From assembly GCA_004764695.1 (NCBI GenBank), contig SMSO01000032.1:124001-188000 (forward strand): a DNA stretch of 64,000 bases, written 5' to 3'. This document shows, one piece after another, positions 33,732 to 45,525 of this stretch. A program made the position numbers and the translations under genes. The notes below the pieces were generated by a model, which was not told the origin of the DNA, ran no database searches, and worked only from the letters and a program-made list of their open reading frames with translations. Position 1 is the stretch's first letter. Each line of letters begins with the position of its first letter. Origin of the DNA: Schizochytrium sp. TIO01 (Eukaryota; Protista; Bigyra: Labyrinthulomycetes).

Positions 33732-35837
33732 TTTACATCTTTACTTACCTTTTTTTAAAACCTTTCTTTTATACAATTGAATTATTCCTAAAATTAAAAA
33801 CCTAATATTTTGATATATTCAATCCAGTTTTCTATAATTCTTGTTTCGTTTAGTTGGTTTAAATCTATAATCTATGTATCAGGACTATATGTTCCGAAGC
33901 ATCGTCCAGACCCCAGAGTGTTTCCATCACTGCTTGTAAGAATAACGAATCCCGCTACTGCTCACTCGTCACTGGAGCCTAACGCACCCCTGGCCAGTTT
34001 TCACTTGCATCATTACCTGGCACGCTCTGATCTTCAGGCAGTTCTAGATTGAGAAGAAAGAAACATAGTAGACGAAAAAAGAAGCATTGGTAGTAGGACC
34101 TCTCAAGAGTGCTTTTTCCTTTCTTTTTCCATTAATTTCTTTTCACTTTGAGATTCGAATGCTCGAATTAAATTCGACCATATTCATCTTCACAAGTAAC
34201 CTCCCTCAAGCCCCCTACGATGATTTTAGGATGGACGATGCGTCTCAAGCAATGATCCCAACTGTGAGCTACTAGTTATCACTCGCCATCGCTTTGAAGA
34301 GGTGTTTTCGCACCTTTTTTGTTTTAAAGAACCCCAAAGAACCGTAGTCGAACTAATGAGCATGGCTGTGGGTATTATTTAGGTTACAAGGGCAATATTA
34401 ATACCAGTGTTTCATTCTCAGCTGTGGTCGCCTGGCATCCTCATATGGGGAAACATTGGCAAGAAAGTGAGGAAAAGATCAGCTGTGGAATATTGCCGGA
34501 AAGCTCTACTTCGGCATCAGTTGCTTGCAAAATAACCGGCACAAGCATATAAAACCACAACAAAGGCATTTTTTTCTTTTAGATTTCAAAGTGACCAGAG
34601 AGGTATAAACCTCAATGAGACAATCTCTGATATGCTCAAAATCCATATTCCTTTCATCAGGTTAGAGAACTCATAAATTTGGTGCAGTTGTTCGTTCTTG
34701 CACCTGACCCCCATTTGACATATTTATACCGCTGCAGCTAACCATGTTCACCACAGAGTTACTTTACAATATACTTATCTCTGCAAGATCAGATCAAGGG
34801 CTGTGATTTCGACGTGAAAACACAAAATGGAATTGGTAATGACGCAAGTTGATCTGATCTAGCTTCATATGTTGCAACTCGACCACATTCATAAAGTGTC
34901 TTCGATTTATCTGACCAAACCTTCACGTTCTTTCATCTTCTCCACAATCGAATCACTCAAAGTGCGCAATTCTCAAAACAATTGAAAACTACAAAATGCA
35001 AAAATCTTCCACTAATAACGCCATTCCTACACCTTGCAACCAAACTCAATCTGAAATGCTTTATCCGCCCCAGTGCTGTCATGCCGCCTGTACGCTGACC
35101 TCTTGCAGCCCATTGCATCCTTGTATTTTCATTACGCTCTCTCCTTTGGCATGCTCGATTCCAATGTAGTACAAGCTCTACTTCTCCTGCATTCTCGCGC
35201 TCTCAATTATCTGACACCTGCTGTAACGTACCAACCTACCATACTCAACATTCACATGGAAACAATGTTCGGTTTCGTAACCTCTCATCTCCGTTACATC
35301 TTCAATAAGTGCTGATTCAAGACGCAAGGAGTTTATCCATAATTTGCCTCCCTGCGACACGCATTAAATTGGTGTTTAGGTTGATCACAGTCTTTGAAGT
35401 GCAACGACATGGCAGGGATCCACCAAATCGACGCAAGTGCCAAACGAAAGTGCCAAACGTAGCGTCGTCTCTTGGCTGGAGGTTGAACAAGTAGCTCTGA
35501 CCTAACGATCAGTAGTACCCAACTACTTGCACTCCTACTGAAGGCGCTAGCCACTGCTAACACATGGAAATGAACACCCATAGACATTAATTCAATTAAT
35601 TAGTATCAATCATTTGCTCTCCGAAGCAGCGACAAACGCAAATCTCTTGCTCTCCGCCGTTGCTCTTCGGGGGCGACTGTGCGCGGTTCCTGTCTTGCAA
35701 GACCTTTGCACGAGTGTGCAGGATAGGTGCGCGTGCGAGGGAGGTCGCTGTACCTGCTCGTTGTGTTACTGTGTGTGGCTTGCCACATAGGCGGAGTCTT
35801 GGAGACTATTGGATAGATCAGGCAGTGAGCAAGCACG

Positions 35838-37988
35838 ATGGCGGAGGTTGGTACCGCTGTTTCGGGGCGCTATGCGCACTTGGAGGCAAGCTTTGGAGCT
35901 GATCTTTTTGATCAGGTGCGCTCCTGTCGCGTATTGGTAGTGGGTTCTGGTGGTATTGGCGTCGAGATCCTCAAAAACCTCGTTATGTCCGGATTTTCTG
36001 ATATCGAGATTGTGGATCTTGACACTATCGATGTGTCGAACCTTAATCGCCAGTTTCTCTTTCGCAGCAAACACGTGGGGATGTCGAAAAGTCAGGTAGC
36101 GCGTGAAGTCGCCCTGCAGTTCAACCCCGACGCCAAAATTGTGGCTCATCATGGAAACGTCAAGGAGGAGCGCTTCGGAGTCAAATTCATCAGCAACTTT
36201 GACATCATTCTCAATGCGCTCGACAACGTCTCTGCTCGCCAGCATGTAAACCGCCTATGCCTTGCTGCAGGAAAGCCTCTTATTGACGCCGGAACGCAAG
36301 GATATCTTGGTCAGACCACTGTGCATGTCGGCAAGGAAACAGCGTGCTTCGACTGCGAGCCTAAGACTGAGAACAAGCGCACATTTGCTATCTGCACTAT
36401 CCGCAGCACACCAGATAAACCCGTGCACTGCATTGTTTGGGCTAAGGAACTTTTTAAACTCATGTTTGGCCATGCAGAAGAATCCATGCTTAGTGGCACT
36501 GAACCGGATGCTACTTCAGATAATACCGAAGGAGAGGCTGCTACGGAAGCCAAGGAAGAAGATGCTTCTTCCGCCGCTGCTGAGGCAAATGCGGACCAGG
36601 AAAGGGAACAGGAGATTCGTTCCCAGATTGTTGATGCCGTTGCAGCGAGGCCAGAGAACTTGGATGATAAAGACGCCCTCCGTGCCTATGCTCGCTCCGT
36701 CTTTGATGCTGTCTTCGACCACGAAATCCGTTTTAAATTGCAGCTCCGTAATGGATACAAGGGAGCCAACAAAAAGCCTTCACCTCTCACTTTTGACGAT
36801 GCTATGGCATCTGATGAATCGCCATCTTCAGGTTCTCCGAGCGGTCTTCGCGATCAGAGAATTTTGAGTCTGCACGAATGTACAGACTTGTTTGTGGATA
36901 CTATCATGACCCTGATGGGCCCGGAGCGCCGTAACACCCTTGGCGACATGGTCTTCGACAAGGATGATGCTCTAACTTTGCAATTTGTGACGGCTGCCTC
37001 AAACTTGCGAAGCCATTGCTTCAACATTGAGCGCAAGAGTCTTTGGGATACCAAGGGCATAGCCGGAAACATCATTCATGCTATCGCTACAACTAATGCA
37101 ATTGTGGCTGGTCTGCAGACTCTCGAGGCAATCAAGATTCTCGCTGCGCTCAAGCGAGTCTCCATCAAAAATTCTACCTGGACTGCCCCATCTGAGGAGG
37201 AGATGAAAGCTGATCCACCAAAGCTCACTCGCAACAGCACAGCCGTGTGGGTGGCCCGCGAGCCTGTGGGTCGTGGTTTTTTGCTTCAAGCTACTCAGCT
37301 GCCTGCACCCAACCCCAAATGCTTCTCTTGTGGTGATGCTCTCGTGATTCTTGCGGTGGATACCACGAAGTTCCTTTTTGGAGATCTCATTGATCGTGTG
37401 TTAAAGGGTCGTCTTGGAGTAAACCTGCCTAGTGTGATGTTTGGAACTTCGGAGTTATATGTAGAGGGAGATGGTCTCGATGAGGACGAAGTCGAGTTTT
37501 TCATGCAAAACAAACCCAAAGTTTTGATTGACAGTCCCGCAGGAGGTATCAAGGATGGTTCTATTCTTGAGATTGAGGACTTTTCGCAAAACATGAAATT
37601 TAAGATGCTTATTCAACAAAAGGTCTTTGATGCCGAGAAGAACCCGGACTTATTCGAAGTAGGAGGCGACGAGCCTGTCGTCGCCGAAGAGGACGATATT
37701 GCCCCAACAGAGGAAACAGCAGAGGTCTCTCAGGAGAGCACCTCCTCAGTTCAGACTACAGAAGTGAAAGCTGTGCTAAAGAGTGGCGATGGCAATGATG
37801 AGGTCATTGCAGTGGCCAGTGCAATCACAGAGTCGGCTCCCACAGATACCAAGAAACGCGCTCGTGAAGATAAAGACCATGGTTCGGAGAGCTCAAAACG
37901 ATCCAAGACGGATGACGAAGTTCCCGGCGCAGCCGTTGTAGTGGGCGGTGCTGATGACGACGATGACGATGTAGTTTTCATTGAATAA
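35838..37988 (+). CDS. UBA2: SUMO-activating enzyme subunit 2
   Basis: VVGSGGIG, DLDTIDVSNLNRQFLF, ALDN..AR, CFDC, CTIRSTP (catalytic Cys), AGNIIHAIATTNA, PNPKCFSC, basic NLS and acidic SIM-like tail DDDDDVVFIE. Confidence 0.95.
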   Translation: MAEVGTAVSGRYAHLEASFGADLFDQVRSCRVLVVGSGGIGVEILKNLVMSGFSDIEIVDLDTIDVSNLNRQFLFRSKHVGMSKSQVAREVALQFNPDAKIVAHHGNVKEERFGVKFISNFDIILNALDNVSARQHVNRLCLAAGKPLIDAGTQGYLGQTTVHVGKETACFDCEPKTENKRTFAICTIRSTPDKPVHCIVWAKELFKLMFGHAEESMLSGTEPDATSDNTEGEAATEAKEEDASSAAAEANADQEREQEIRSQIVDAVAARPENLDDKDALRAYARSVFDAVFDHEIRFKLQLRNGYKGANKKPSPLTFDDAMASDESPSSGSPSGLRDQRILSLHECTDLFVDTIMTLMGPERRNTLGDMVFDKDDALTLQFVTAASNLRSHCFNIERKSLWDTKGIAGNIIHAIATTNAIVAGLQTLEAIKILAALKRVSIKNSTWTAPSEEEMKADPPKLTRNSTAVWVAREPVGRGFLLQATQLPAPNPKCFSCGDALVILAVDTTKFLFGDLIDRVLKGRLGVNLPSVMFGTSELYVEGDGLDEDEVEFFMQNKPKVLIDSPAGGIKDGSILEIEDFSQNMKFKMLIQQKVFDAEKNPDLFEVGGDEPVVAEEDDIAPTEETAEVSQESTSSVQTTEVKAVLKSGDGNDEVIAVASAITESAPTDTKKRAREDKDHGSESSKRSKTDDEVPGAAVVVGGADDDDDDVVFIE

Positions 37989-38008
37989 ACAGTTTTCTTT
38001 TTGTCATT

Positions 38009-40204
38009 TTAATCTTTTTCTGTACCGTCAACAGCAGCAGCAGCAGCAGCAGCAAGTGCCTCTCGCTTCGTCTCAATCTGCGAGGCAGACATTCCAGGAT
38101 CACCTGTGGCACCAAGTGACCGTAACTTTTCAAGCTGTGATTGAGCCATTTGTGCACGAAGCACGGCCACTTGCTCCTCAAGAGCATCAATGTGCATTTG
38201 CATCGCCGCCTCCTTACGCTTGCTACGCTTCTTTCGTTTCCCACGTTGAACGACTCGAGAGGGAGACACAACAGAAGACACCTGACTTGGAGAGAGCGGT
38301 CCTATGGCACTGCCGTGGCGGTGACTTCTTGGAGTCAACGAACTTGTTTGTACATCGAGGCGTCGCGGAGATCTTGAACCTAATGTGCCTTGACCGCGCC
38401 CACTGGATGTTCCAGGAGAGCCTCCTAAACCAGTTCTCGGGGAATGTGACCTTCCCGTCAAGTGTGGCGTATGCGGAGAGTGCGCTTCCCCATTATCTCT
38501 GCTCAGCGTAGAGGTGGTTTGCGCAGGGTATCCTGATTCTACTGGGTTTGATTTGAGGAGTTTGTACACCGAGGAGAGGCGATGAGGAGGGCATGATAGG
38601 ATTGTGCGCATGAATGGGTCTTCCTGAGCTTGTAACCTTGTTTCTACTTCTCGGACTAAGCGGTCTGTGTCACGACGAACACCATCTTCGACAACATCGC
38701 CATGCTTTGCTTGATTGGCGGCACGCGCCAGAACGGCATCCACATGTGATGGGTTGCGACTAGCGTACGCAATCCACCACTTTGAGTTTTCATAGTCTAA
38801 GGGATCATTCTCCCTGAATGCATTTCCTAAGCCTAGTGAATCATGGTTATCCATACTCTGCCAAGGAGGCCTTTGTGCCTGCAATTTGCGAATATCTCTT
38901 TCCTCGTGGCCCACCTGAACTCGCCACCACTCTTTCCCCACCTGTGCGTTATCTAAAGCTGCCAGATGTGCGTTCCTTGCTTCCGTATAAACACTCTGGT
39001 CTCGGGAAAGTGGCCATGGTGTGTGTTTTGATGTCTTGCGCTGGCGTCGTATGTTGATGGCACTTGTGCTGTCGTCTCCTTCATTGGGAGTTTGATTTTC
39101 ATTTCCATTGCCTTCATTTTCAGCCAAATTTTGGTCATCCGCAATCTTTCCATCATAAGATGAGAGCGGGAGCTTTAGCTGCTCAAGTCGTGCGCAGAGT
39201 TTATTAGTACGGTTCAAAATACGTGCACGTTCGCGCTCATGAGAACGCATTACTGTGTCACGTGAACTAAAATGCGCCCAGCGAATTTGAATTTCACGGT
39301 GCCCTTCCATGAGAGCTTGAAACTTTTCATGCGTGCTGAAACGCCCATTGTCAAGCATTCGGTCATGTGCCTCTCGCGTGAGTTCATCGTATAGCTTGTG
39401 AAGCATCTTGAGGTCGCTGTCATTTGTTCTCCCATCCAGATTGCTCGCATCCTCCGCATCCTCTTTTTCAATTCCCATTTCAGTCTCGCCGGGTTGTTTT
39501 ATCAGCCCACCGTCATTTTCCTCATCTTCCTCACCATGAGGTGATTCATATGACTCTTCCAGGACATCTGTGGACAGTCGTAAGCCTTTGTCAGCAAGTT
39601 TTTTGCGTACGGCTCGCGCCTCCGTTCGTTGCAAACGCCTTTGACGTTGTGACCGCCACGCTCGTTGAATAACTCTAGACGATTTGTTTTTGCGACGCTC
39701 TTCCCATGCCAAGAGCTTCTCAGGTTTCACTTGGCGCATCATGGCAAGCTCCAACTGACGTCTTTGAATACGCTCATGGCGTGCTGCACGCTCTCGTTCG
39801 GCGGCCTGCCCTGGTCTCTCCTGAAGCACTAATCGTACTTGGTAACCCCTATCTGACTCGCCAATGTCTTGCCATTGCTGAGCAGCTTCCTCGCCACCTT
39901 TGCGCGCATCTACACGAGCGTGTCCAACTCCTGCGACACGAATTCTAAGCTCCCGTTTCTCAGATGTGTCATTTTCGTCGCGATCATTTGCAATTTCGTC
40001 ATTCCATGCTAGATGCCGCGTTAATTTCCAGCGAAGGTCGCCCACAGGTTCTCGCACAGGGTCCACGGCATCAACATCTTCGCGGGCTCGTGAAAGTCCT
40101 CCTTCATGCCCACGAACCCCTACGCTGACCAGAGAAAGTCTCACGCGAGGCGGCTCTGCTCCAGCGAAGCCCCTGGCCTGGACGCCCACCACGTACCAGT
40201 CCAT
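38009..40204 (-). CDS. IQ-motif protein similar to the C-terminal half of IQCB1/NPHP5 (ciliary transition zone)
   Basis: RRQLELAMMRQVKPEKL..KSSRVIQRAWR and LSRDQSVYTEARNAHLAAL..EWWR resemble, from memory, IQCB1 segments LQLSMLEIVHPGQV..KSALIIQKHWR and LSRSRPVAAKAKQAHLTTL..PWWK. First ATG at 40204. Confidence 0.7.
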   Translation of the reverse strand: MDWYVVGVQARGFAGAEPPRVRLSLVSVGVRGHEGGLSRAREDVDAVDPVREPVGDLRWKLTRHLAWNDEIANDRDENDTSEKRELRIRVAGVGHARVDARKGGEEAAQQWQDIGESDRGYQVRLVLQERPGQAAERERAARHERIQRRQLELAMMRQVKPEKLLAWEERRKNKSSRVIQRAWRSQRQRRLQRTEARAVRKKLADKGLRLSTDVLEESYESPHGEEDEENDGGLIKQPGETEMGIEKEDAEDASNLDGRTNDSDLKMLHKLYDELTREAHDRMLDNGRFSTHEKFQALMEGHREIQIRWAHFSSRDTVMRSHERERARILNRTNKLCARLEQLKLPLSSYDGKIADDQNLAENEGNGNENQTPNEGDDSTSAINIRRQRKTSKHTPWPLSRDQSVYTEARNAHLAALDNAQVGKEWWRVQVGHEERDIRKLQAQRPPWQSMDNHDSLGLGNAFRENDPLDYENSKWWIAYASRNPSHVDAVLARAANQAKHGDVVEDGVRRDTDRLVREVETRLQAQEDPFMRTILSCPPHRLSSVYKLLKSNPVESGYPAQTTSTLSRDNGEAHSPHTPHLTGRSHSPRTGLGGSPGTSSGRGQGTLGSRSPRRLDVQTSSLTPRSHRHGSAIGPLSPSQVSSVVSPSRVVQRGKRKKRSKRKEAAMQMHIDALEEQVAVLRAQMAQSQLEKLRSLGATGDPGMSASQIETKREALAAAAAAAVDGTEKD

Positions 40205-41672
40205 CACAACGAAGAACCAACCACTGCCCTGCGTATAAACACAAGCGTCAACGCCAGGCAAAACTGGGATACAGAATTAGAGCTCGTAGAGACCGCCACG
40301 CGCACAACGCAGCGTCGAGGCGGTCTATGGGTTTGATGTCAGTATTGCCTTCTCTGTTATTCTGATGCAAAAGCACTTTTTATTCTCTACTCTGTAGTAC
40401 TAGGTAGGCAATAGGGTAGGAGTGTCTACGATTATGTAATAGTTACAACGTTCAACGGGAAACGAAAAGAAGTTTGAGGGTGTTTTAATAATCCTCAAGA
40501 ACGGCCAACAGGAAATCAACTCTTCGTGTGATTGATATTGAGATACAGCATTGGCTATTGAAAGAGTTTATATAAGGGCTGTTTGACGAGCGGGTCTTGC
40601 AGAGCCTTCCTTTACTGACCAGGTTGATTAGTGAAAACTTGCGCTTGTGAGAATTTAGGAAATGGTGTTGAATGTTGAAGGCAAAATGGATGAGAACAAG
40701 CAAATGCAACTATGCGAAATATTGTAAACCAAGTATAAGAAACATGATTATAATGATACAAAACAAAGAAAAGAATTACCAGCGCACCATTGCATACTAT
40801 CGAAAGCTCAATTCTCTCGAAATCTTGTGCAAACACTCCAAATACGTTTTCTGTCTCCCCGGCTTGTTTATGACTTTCCATAAATTTATCCCTTCCTCCT
40901 CTGCAAGCATAATCTTAAATCAATGCTTACCCCTGAGGTTATGCTGCTCAAAAGAAGAGTCATGTCCCGAAATTTGACAACCTAAAGCCTTTACATCATT
41001 TCCAAACCTGCTGAAGTTCCACCCTAATTTCAACCCCGCTTGTCTTTCCTTCAAGCTCGATAAATTCCTGTGAAACAACATCATCTGTTATTTACCTAGT
41101 CCTGTTCAATGTAGCAATCTCTTTCCTGACCTGCTCCAAGTCGATCCCAATTGCGTTGTTGTCGCTGCTTTTTTGCCTTAGTTTTGACTATTTACCTTTA
41201 GTAAAGTCCTACTGTAAAACAGCGCTGCACCAAAATGTAAAACGGGAGCTGAGGAGCCCAAGTATTGTGGTTAAGACTATCTATAGATAGACTAAGACCG
41301 GTTTCATGATGACAAAGACCAAAAGCGACTGAGATAATCAAGAAACGAGAAAACCTTCGTTGTCGCTGCAATCCTATCTCGATCCTCTAGGAGGATTCCG
41401 AGAGGCCTTGGCGGGCACGGCAGCAGCTTTCGCTGCCTGCGTGTCTCGCGCTCCTCGTCCTCGCGGCGTCCGTTTCGAACGCTGCGCTCGTAGCGGTCTG
41501 CGTAGACGACGGTTGGATGCCAAAGGCTATATTTTTTTCTGCCTTCGTATACGCTGATTGCTCTCACAGTCTCTCAGCGAGTTGACAAAACTTTCTGCGA
41601 TTGAGCAAGACATTGAGTGACAATATTCTCTCGTGTGAAACCTGGCCCTTCAAATAAGGCTAGATTTACACA

Positions 41673-44387
41673 ATGACATCAACATCGGAAGGAGTGCGTG
41701 TGGCAGCCTTGCTTGGTGAGCTTGTGGACAGGCTCGTGCCAAATGCCTCAAAAGTTTCTGGATCTCGCGAAGAGCTTTTGAGATACAGTGCTCGAATTGC
41801 GGCAAGTCGCTTGGGCTCTTCGACATCCTCTTCTGCTGGCAAAGAGCAATCTTCACCAAACCTGGCACCTGCAGAAGGCAAGTCCCGGCTTCACGAGGAA
41901 CTTCTTCGCGTCGTTCGACGCCTTGACGTAGCTCGAAGGGATCGGCAAGTTGCCGAACAGTGCGATGAGCTACTAATGCTTCTCCTGCGCAAGCAAAGCG
42001 CACTAAAACGCCCTGACTGCATTGTCAAGTTGCTCTGCGACCTCAGTGGTACAGGAGCGAAGAGAGATCAAGGGCTGGTCACTGCACTCACACCACTCAT
42101 GGCACACGCAAATCGCGGCGAGGATACCATGCCAATTGACACACTCGTACAACCCTCGGGACGCTGGGTCGAGCCAGCACAACGCAAAAAGCTGGACAGT
42201 GGCCCTGCTGAAAACGCCAGAGGTGAGTCAAAGGAGGCTCATGCACTCGCAGCGAGAGTTAAGGCACGCGAGATGGAATCTCTTCTTGTGAGAGACGTGC
42301 TCTTCGTTTTCCAGGGTATCGATGGCCACCTTATCAAATTTAGCCCTCCGAACGATGCGTACACAATTTCGCCCTTGGTGAAACTTCCTCAGGCACAGCG
42401 CAAACTTGCCCAAAAACTTTGTGAGCTGGGATGGCTCTATCGGCACCTCTCAGATTATGTTCGTCGCACCGTACACGAGGAGTCGCTGGGTCTAGTCTCA
42501 CAAAGCTTCTCCAGTGCTTTACAGAGCGAGTTGACAGAGTTCTTTCGTCTTATTGCAATTTTAGAATCTCAGTTGCCATCTTCTGGCAATGGTTCCGCAC
42601 CTGGACTCACACTGCGACAGTTATTTGTATGGTCACAAGAGCCTGTGCGCAGACTTCGACTCATGGCGGAAATGGCAGATAGTGCTAGGGGACTCTATGG
42701 AGGAGCCCTGGCCTCCGCCATCCATATGTATTCTATGCATGGAGACCCTTTTGTGTCAACCTTTGTGGATTCTATTATGCAAAAGGTTTCAGCTCCCATC
42801 TTTGAGAATATTCGTCTTTGGGTTGTGCACGGTGAGCTCGCTGATGTGTGTAATGAGTTCTTTGTTTCCGCAGACCTTTCTGTGCCAGATGATAGGCTAT
42901 GGTTTGACAAGTACAAAATGAATGCAACAATGATTCCAGGTTTTATTGGACGATCTCTTGCACGCAAAATTCTCCTTATCGGCAAATCTATCAATTTTAT
43001 TCGGTTCTGCTGCCGCGGCTCCCTCGAAGATCAGCAGGATAGCGTTGCGGAGGTCGGGGCGGATTTTGCACGTTTGACAATGGGCGAGAGTGATCCTGAC
43101 GATACGACGCCTGCAGCAGCCTTAGGCATGGGTTCTGCAGAGGAAAGTGTTACGGACCGTCAAACTGTGGCGCTTCTGAGAATGGTAGACCGTGCAGCAG
43201 ATGCCACAAACAAACGCTTGCGTACAATCCTCTTTGACCAGTTTAACCTGTTGCGCCATTGTCGTGCCTTGAAACAATACCTCATGTTAGGCCAGGGTGA
43301 TACTATTCAGTACCTTATGGATTTACTTAGCCCACAGCTTACACTGCCTGCTTCTCAGGTGTACCGACACAGCTTGGTTGCTCAGCTAGAAACTGCTATC
43401 CGTGCCACCAATGCACATTTAGACTCGGATGATGTGCTTGAACGTCTTGATGTGCGACTCATGGAAGCTTCTCCTGGCGATAGTGGATGGGACGTTTTTG
43501 TGCTTGACTACCACCTGGATACTCCTCTTAACTGTGTGATTACTGCGAATGCAATGAGCCGCTACTATGAGATCTTCACCTTTTTGTGGCGTCTGAAGCG
43601 GGTTGAGTACTCCCTTTCGTCAGCGTGGAAACGAGAGATGACAACTGAGCACGTAGTGCGTGAGCTGCACGGTGTCAAGTCAACTTTGCACAAATTCCAT
43701 GTTCTTCGTAACGAAATGATCCACTTTACTTCTAACTTGCACAGTTACATCATGTTTGAAGTACTTGAAACTTCATGGGATGCGCTCGAGAAAAATTTAC
43801 AAGCCGCTGTGGATCTTGATCAAGTGGTCGAAGCACATGACGTATATCTTAATAGCATTCTCGATAAAGCTCTGATTGGGCTCCAGGCGCATGGTGAGGG
43901 GCGCGGTGAGTATGGGCTTGGAGCAACAGGCGGTTCTGACCCTGGTGATGTGTCACCAGCATCTCCCCAACCACAGACTGACGCAAAGGCACTGCGTCAT
44001 GGCATGCAAAGCTTATTTGATCTCATTCTTCGGTTCTGCAGCGTTCAAAAGCGCCTTTATACCAGTGTACTGGAGCAGGTCCACAAACTTCAGCGAACTC
44101 GCTTTCACATTGTGGAGCGCACTCAAAAGTCAAAATGGGGTATTGACAAAGACTCGGCAGAGGCTGCTAAGGCAGCATCTGATCGCAGTGCATATGTGGA
44201 CCCAGCAGAAATCGAAGCTGCACAGCGTAAGCTTGCCAAAGAATACGATGACCATGTGCGTGTTCTCGCACGAGAATATCGTGCGAGCTTGATGGCCTTC
44301 TTGGAATGCCTCAAACCAGCAGTCTCGGAGAATCTCAAGTTCTTGCGATTCCGGCTTGACTTTAACCAGTTCTATGACTCTGCGTGA
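41673..44387 (+). CDS. TUBGCP3: Gamma-tubulin complex component 3 (Spc98)
   Basis: LVRDVLFVFQGIDG, LCELGWLY, GLVSQSF, HGDP, EFFV, KILLIGKSINFIR, LGQGD, GWDVF.LDY, FLWRLKRVE and FLRFRLDFNQFY are GCP3 GRIP motifs. Confidence 0.93.
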   Translation: MTSTSEGVRVAALLGELVDRLVPNASKVSGSREELLRYSARIAASRLGSSTSSSAGKEQSSPNLAPAEGKSRLHEELLRVVRRLDVARRDRQVAEQCDELLMLLLRKQSALKRPDCIVKLLCDLSGTGAKRDQGLVTALTPLMAHANRGEDTMPIDTLVQPSGRWVEPAQRKKLDSGPAENARGESKEAHALAARVKAREMESLLVRDVLFVFQGIDGHLIKFSPPNDAYTISPLVKLPQAQRKLAQKLCELGWLYRHLSDYVRRTVHEESLGLVSQSFSSALQSELTEFFRLIAILESQLPSSGNGSAPGLTLRQLFVWSQEPVRRLRLMAEMADSARGLYGGALASAIHMYSMHGDPFVSTFVDSIMQKVSAPIFENIRLWVVHGELADVCNEFFVSADLSVPDDRLWFDKYKMNATMIPGFIGRSLARKILLIGKSINFIRFCCRGSLEDQQDSVAEVGADFARLTMGESDPDDTTPAAALGMGSAEESVTDRQTVALLRMVDRAADATNKRLRTILFDQFNLLRHCRALKQYLMLGQGDTIQYLMDLLSPQLTLPASQVYRHSLVAQLETAIRATNAHLDSDDVLERLDVRLMEASPGDSGWDVFVLDYHLDTPLNCVITANAMSRYYEIFTFLWRLKRVEYSLSSAWKREMTTEHVVRELHGVKSTLHKFHVLRNEMIHFTSNLHSYIMFEVLETSWDALEKNLQAAVDLDQVVEAHDVYLNSILDKALIGLQAHGEGRGEYGLGATGGSDPGDVSPASPQPQTDAKALRHGMQSLFDLILRFCSVQKRLYTSVLEQVHKLQRTRFHIVERTQKSKWGIDKDSAEAAKAASDRSAYVDPAEIEAAQRKLAKEYDDHVRVLAREYRASLMAFLECLKPAVSENLKFLRFRLDFNQFYDSA

Positions 44388-44610
44388 GTAAACCCTCATG
44401 ATTCTCAAATCAATACAACGGCATGGAAGAAGCGTCACAGGGAAGTAAGCCTTCCGAGCCCACTAAACCAGTATGCATCAAGTAAAGTAGAGAGAAGGGA
44501 CCCGGGAACACTAGATTATCAATGTGGCGAGGCCATGAATGTTAATAATACTAAATAATAATAATAATAATAATGCTAAAAGGGTACTTCACTCTTGCGC
44601 TGTCAACCAA

Positions 44611-45525
44611 TTAAAGCGGGGACAATACACCGCAAGCTTTGCCTTTAAAAGATGGTTTTTGTGTGCTCAAAAGAATTACAAGTCGAGCAATCTGCAACAG
44701 ATTGCCTCGAAACGGGCCAAAAGTGATCAGTTCGTTGCCAAGAGCCAAAGTTGTAATATAGGCTGAAAGACCACAAGGAAAGCCTTCATCAGAAAGTCTG
44801 GCAAAGACTTGCAGGGCAACAGTCGAATTTTGCATAGTCCAATTCTGAAGAATTCGTAATTGTGAGACGGATTGTCCATTCGGAAACCAACTTGGCTGCA
44901 ATCGTAGAAGAGAGCTTTTGGCTAAATGTGCTTGAATAATCTCCCGATTGCATCGCATACATGCCATGAGAAGCGACGTGAGACCCATTCGATTTTGAAA
45001 TGTACAATTGATGCGTGGGTGAGAAAGTAAGGCAAATGCACAACTTCGATGATTCTCAAATGATGCGAGCATCAGGGGCGTCCAACCTTGTTCGTTGGCT
45101 TGGTTGACCTCGAGTGAATCGTGTTGAACTAAACTTTCTACAATTTGGGCATGACCGCGTGAGCAAGCCAGCATAAGTGCTGTGGCGCCACCCACTGTGC
45201 TGCTAATGTTTACATCGATACTTGTTTGCTGAAGCAGACATTGAATACTGGCAAGCTGACCTTTATCTGCAGCATGCATGAGCGCAGTCCAGCCGAGGTT
45301 GTCTTGTTTGTTAATGAGGTCAGGGTGGCTTTGGCAGAGTCGCTGTAGAGTACCAAGATAGCCTCGCTGGGATGCCACAATTAGAGCTTGCAGGGTATCG
45401 TCGATGCCCATAAGTCCAAGCGAAGCACGTTTGTGTCTCTCAGAAGCCCAACGTGTTAGCGCAGAAACCATATCTGACGCATGTGCTTCATTTCTCCGCG
45501 GCGATGTCGAGACAGTTGCAAGCAT
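44611..45525 (-). CDS. Ankyrin repeat protein (about 5 repeats)
   Basis: GWTALMHAADKG, GATALMLACSRGH, GWTPLMLASFENH, GLTSLLMACMR. First ATG at 45525. Confidence 0.85.
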   Translation of the reverse strand: MLATVSTSPRRNEAHASDMVSALTRWASERHKRASLGLMGIDDTLQALIVASQRGYLGTLQRLCQSHPDLINKQDNLGWTALMHAADKGQLASIQCLLQQTSIDVNISSTVGGATALMLACSRGHAQIVESLVQHDSLEVNQANEQGWTPLMLASFENHRSCAFALLSHPRINCTFQNRMGLTSLLMACMRCNREIIQAHLAKSSLLRLQPSWFPNGQSVSQLRILQNWTMQNSTVALQVFARLSDEGFPCGLSAYITTLALGNELITFGPFRGNLLQIARLVILLSTQKPSFKGKACGVLSPL

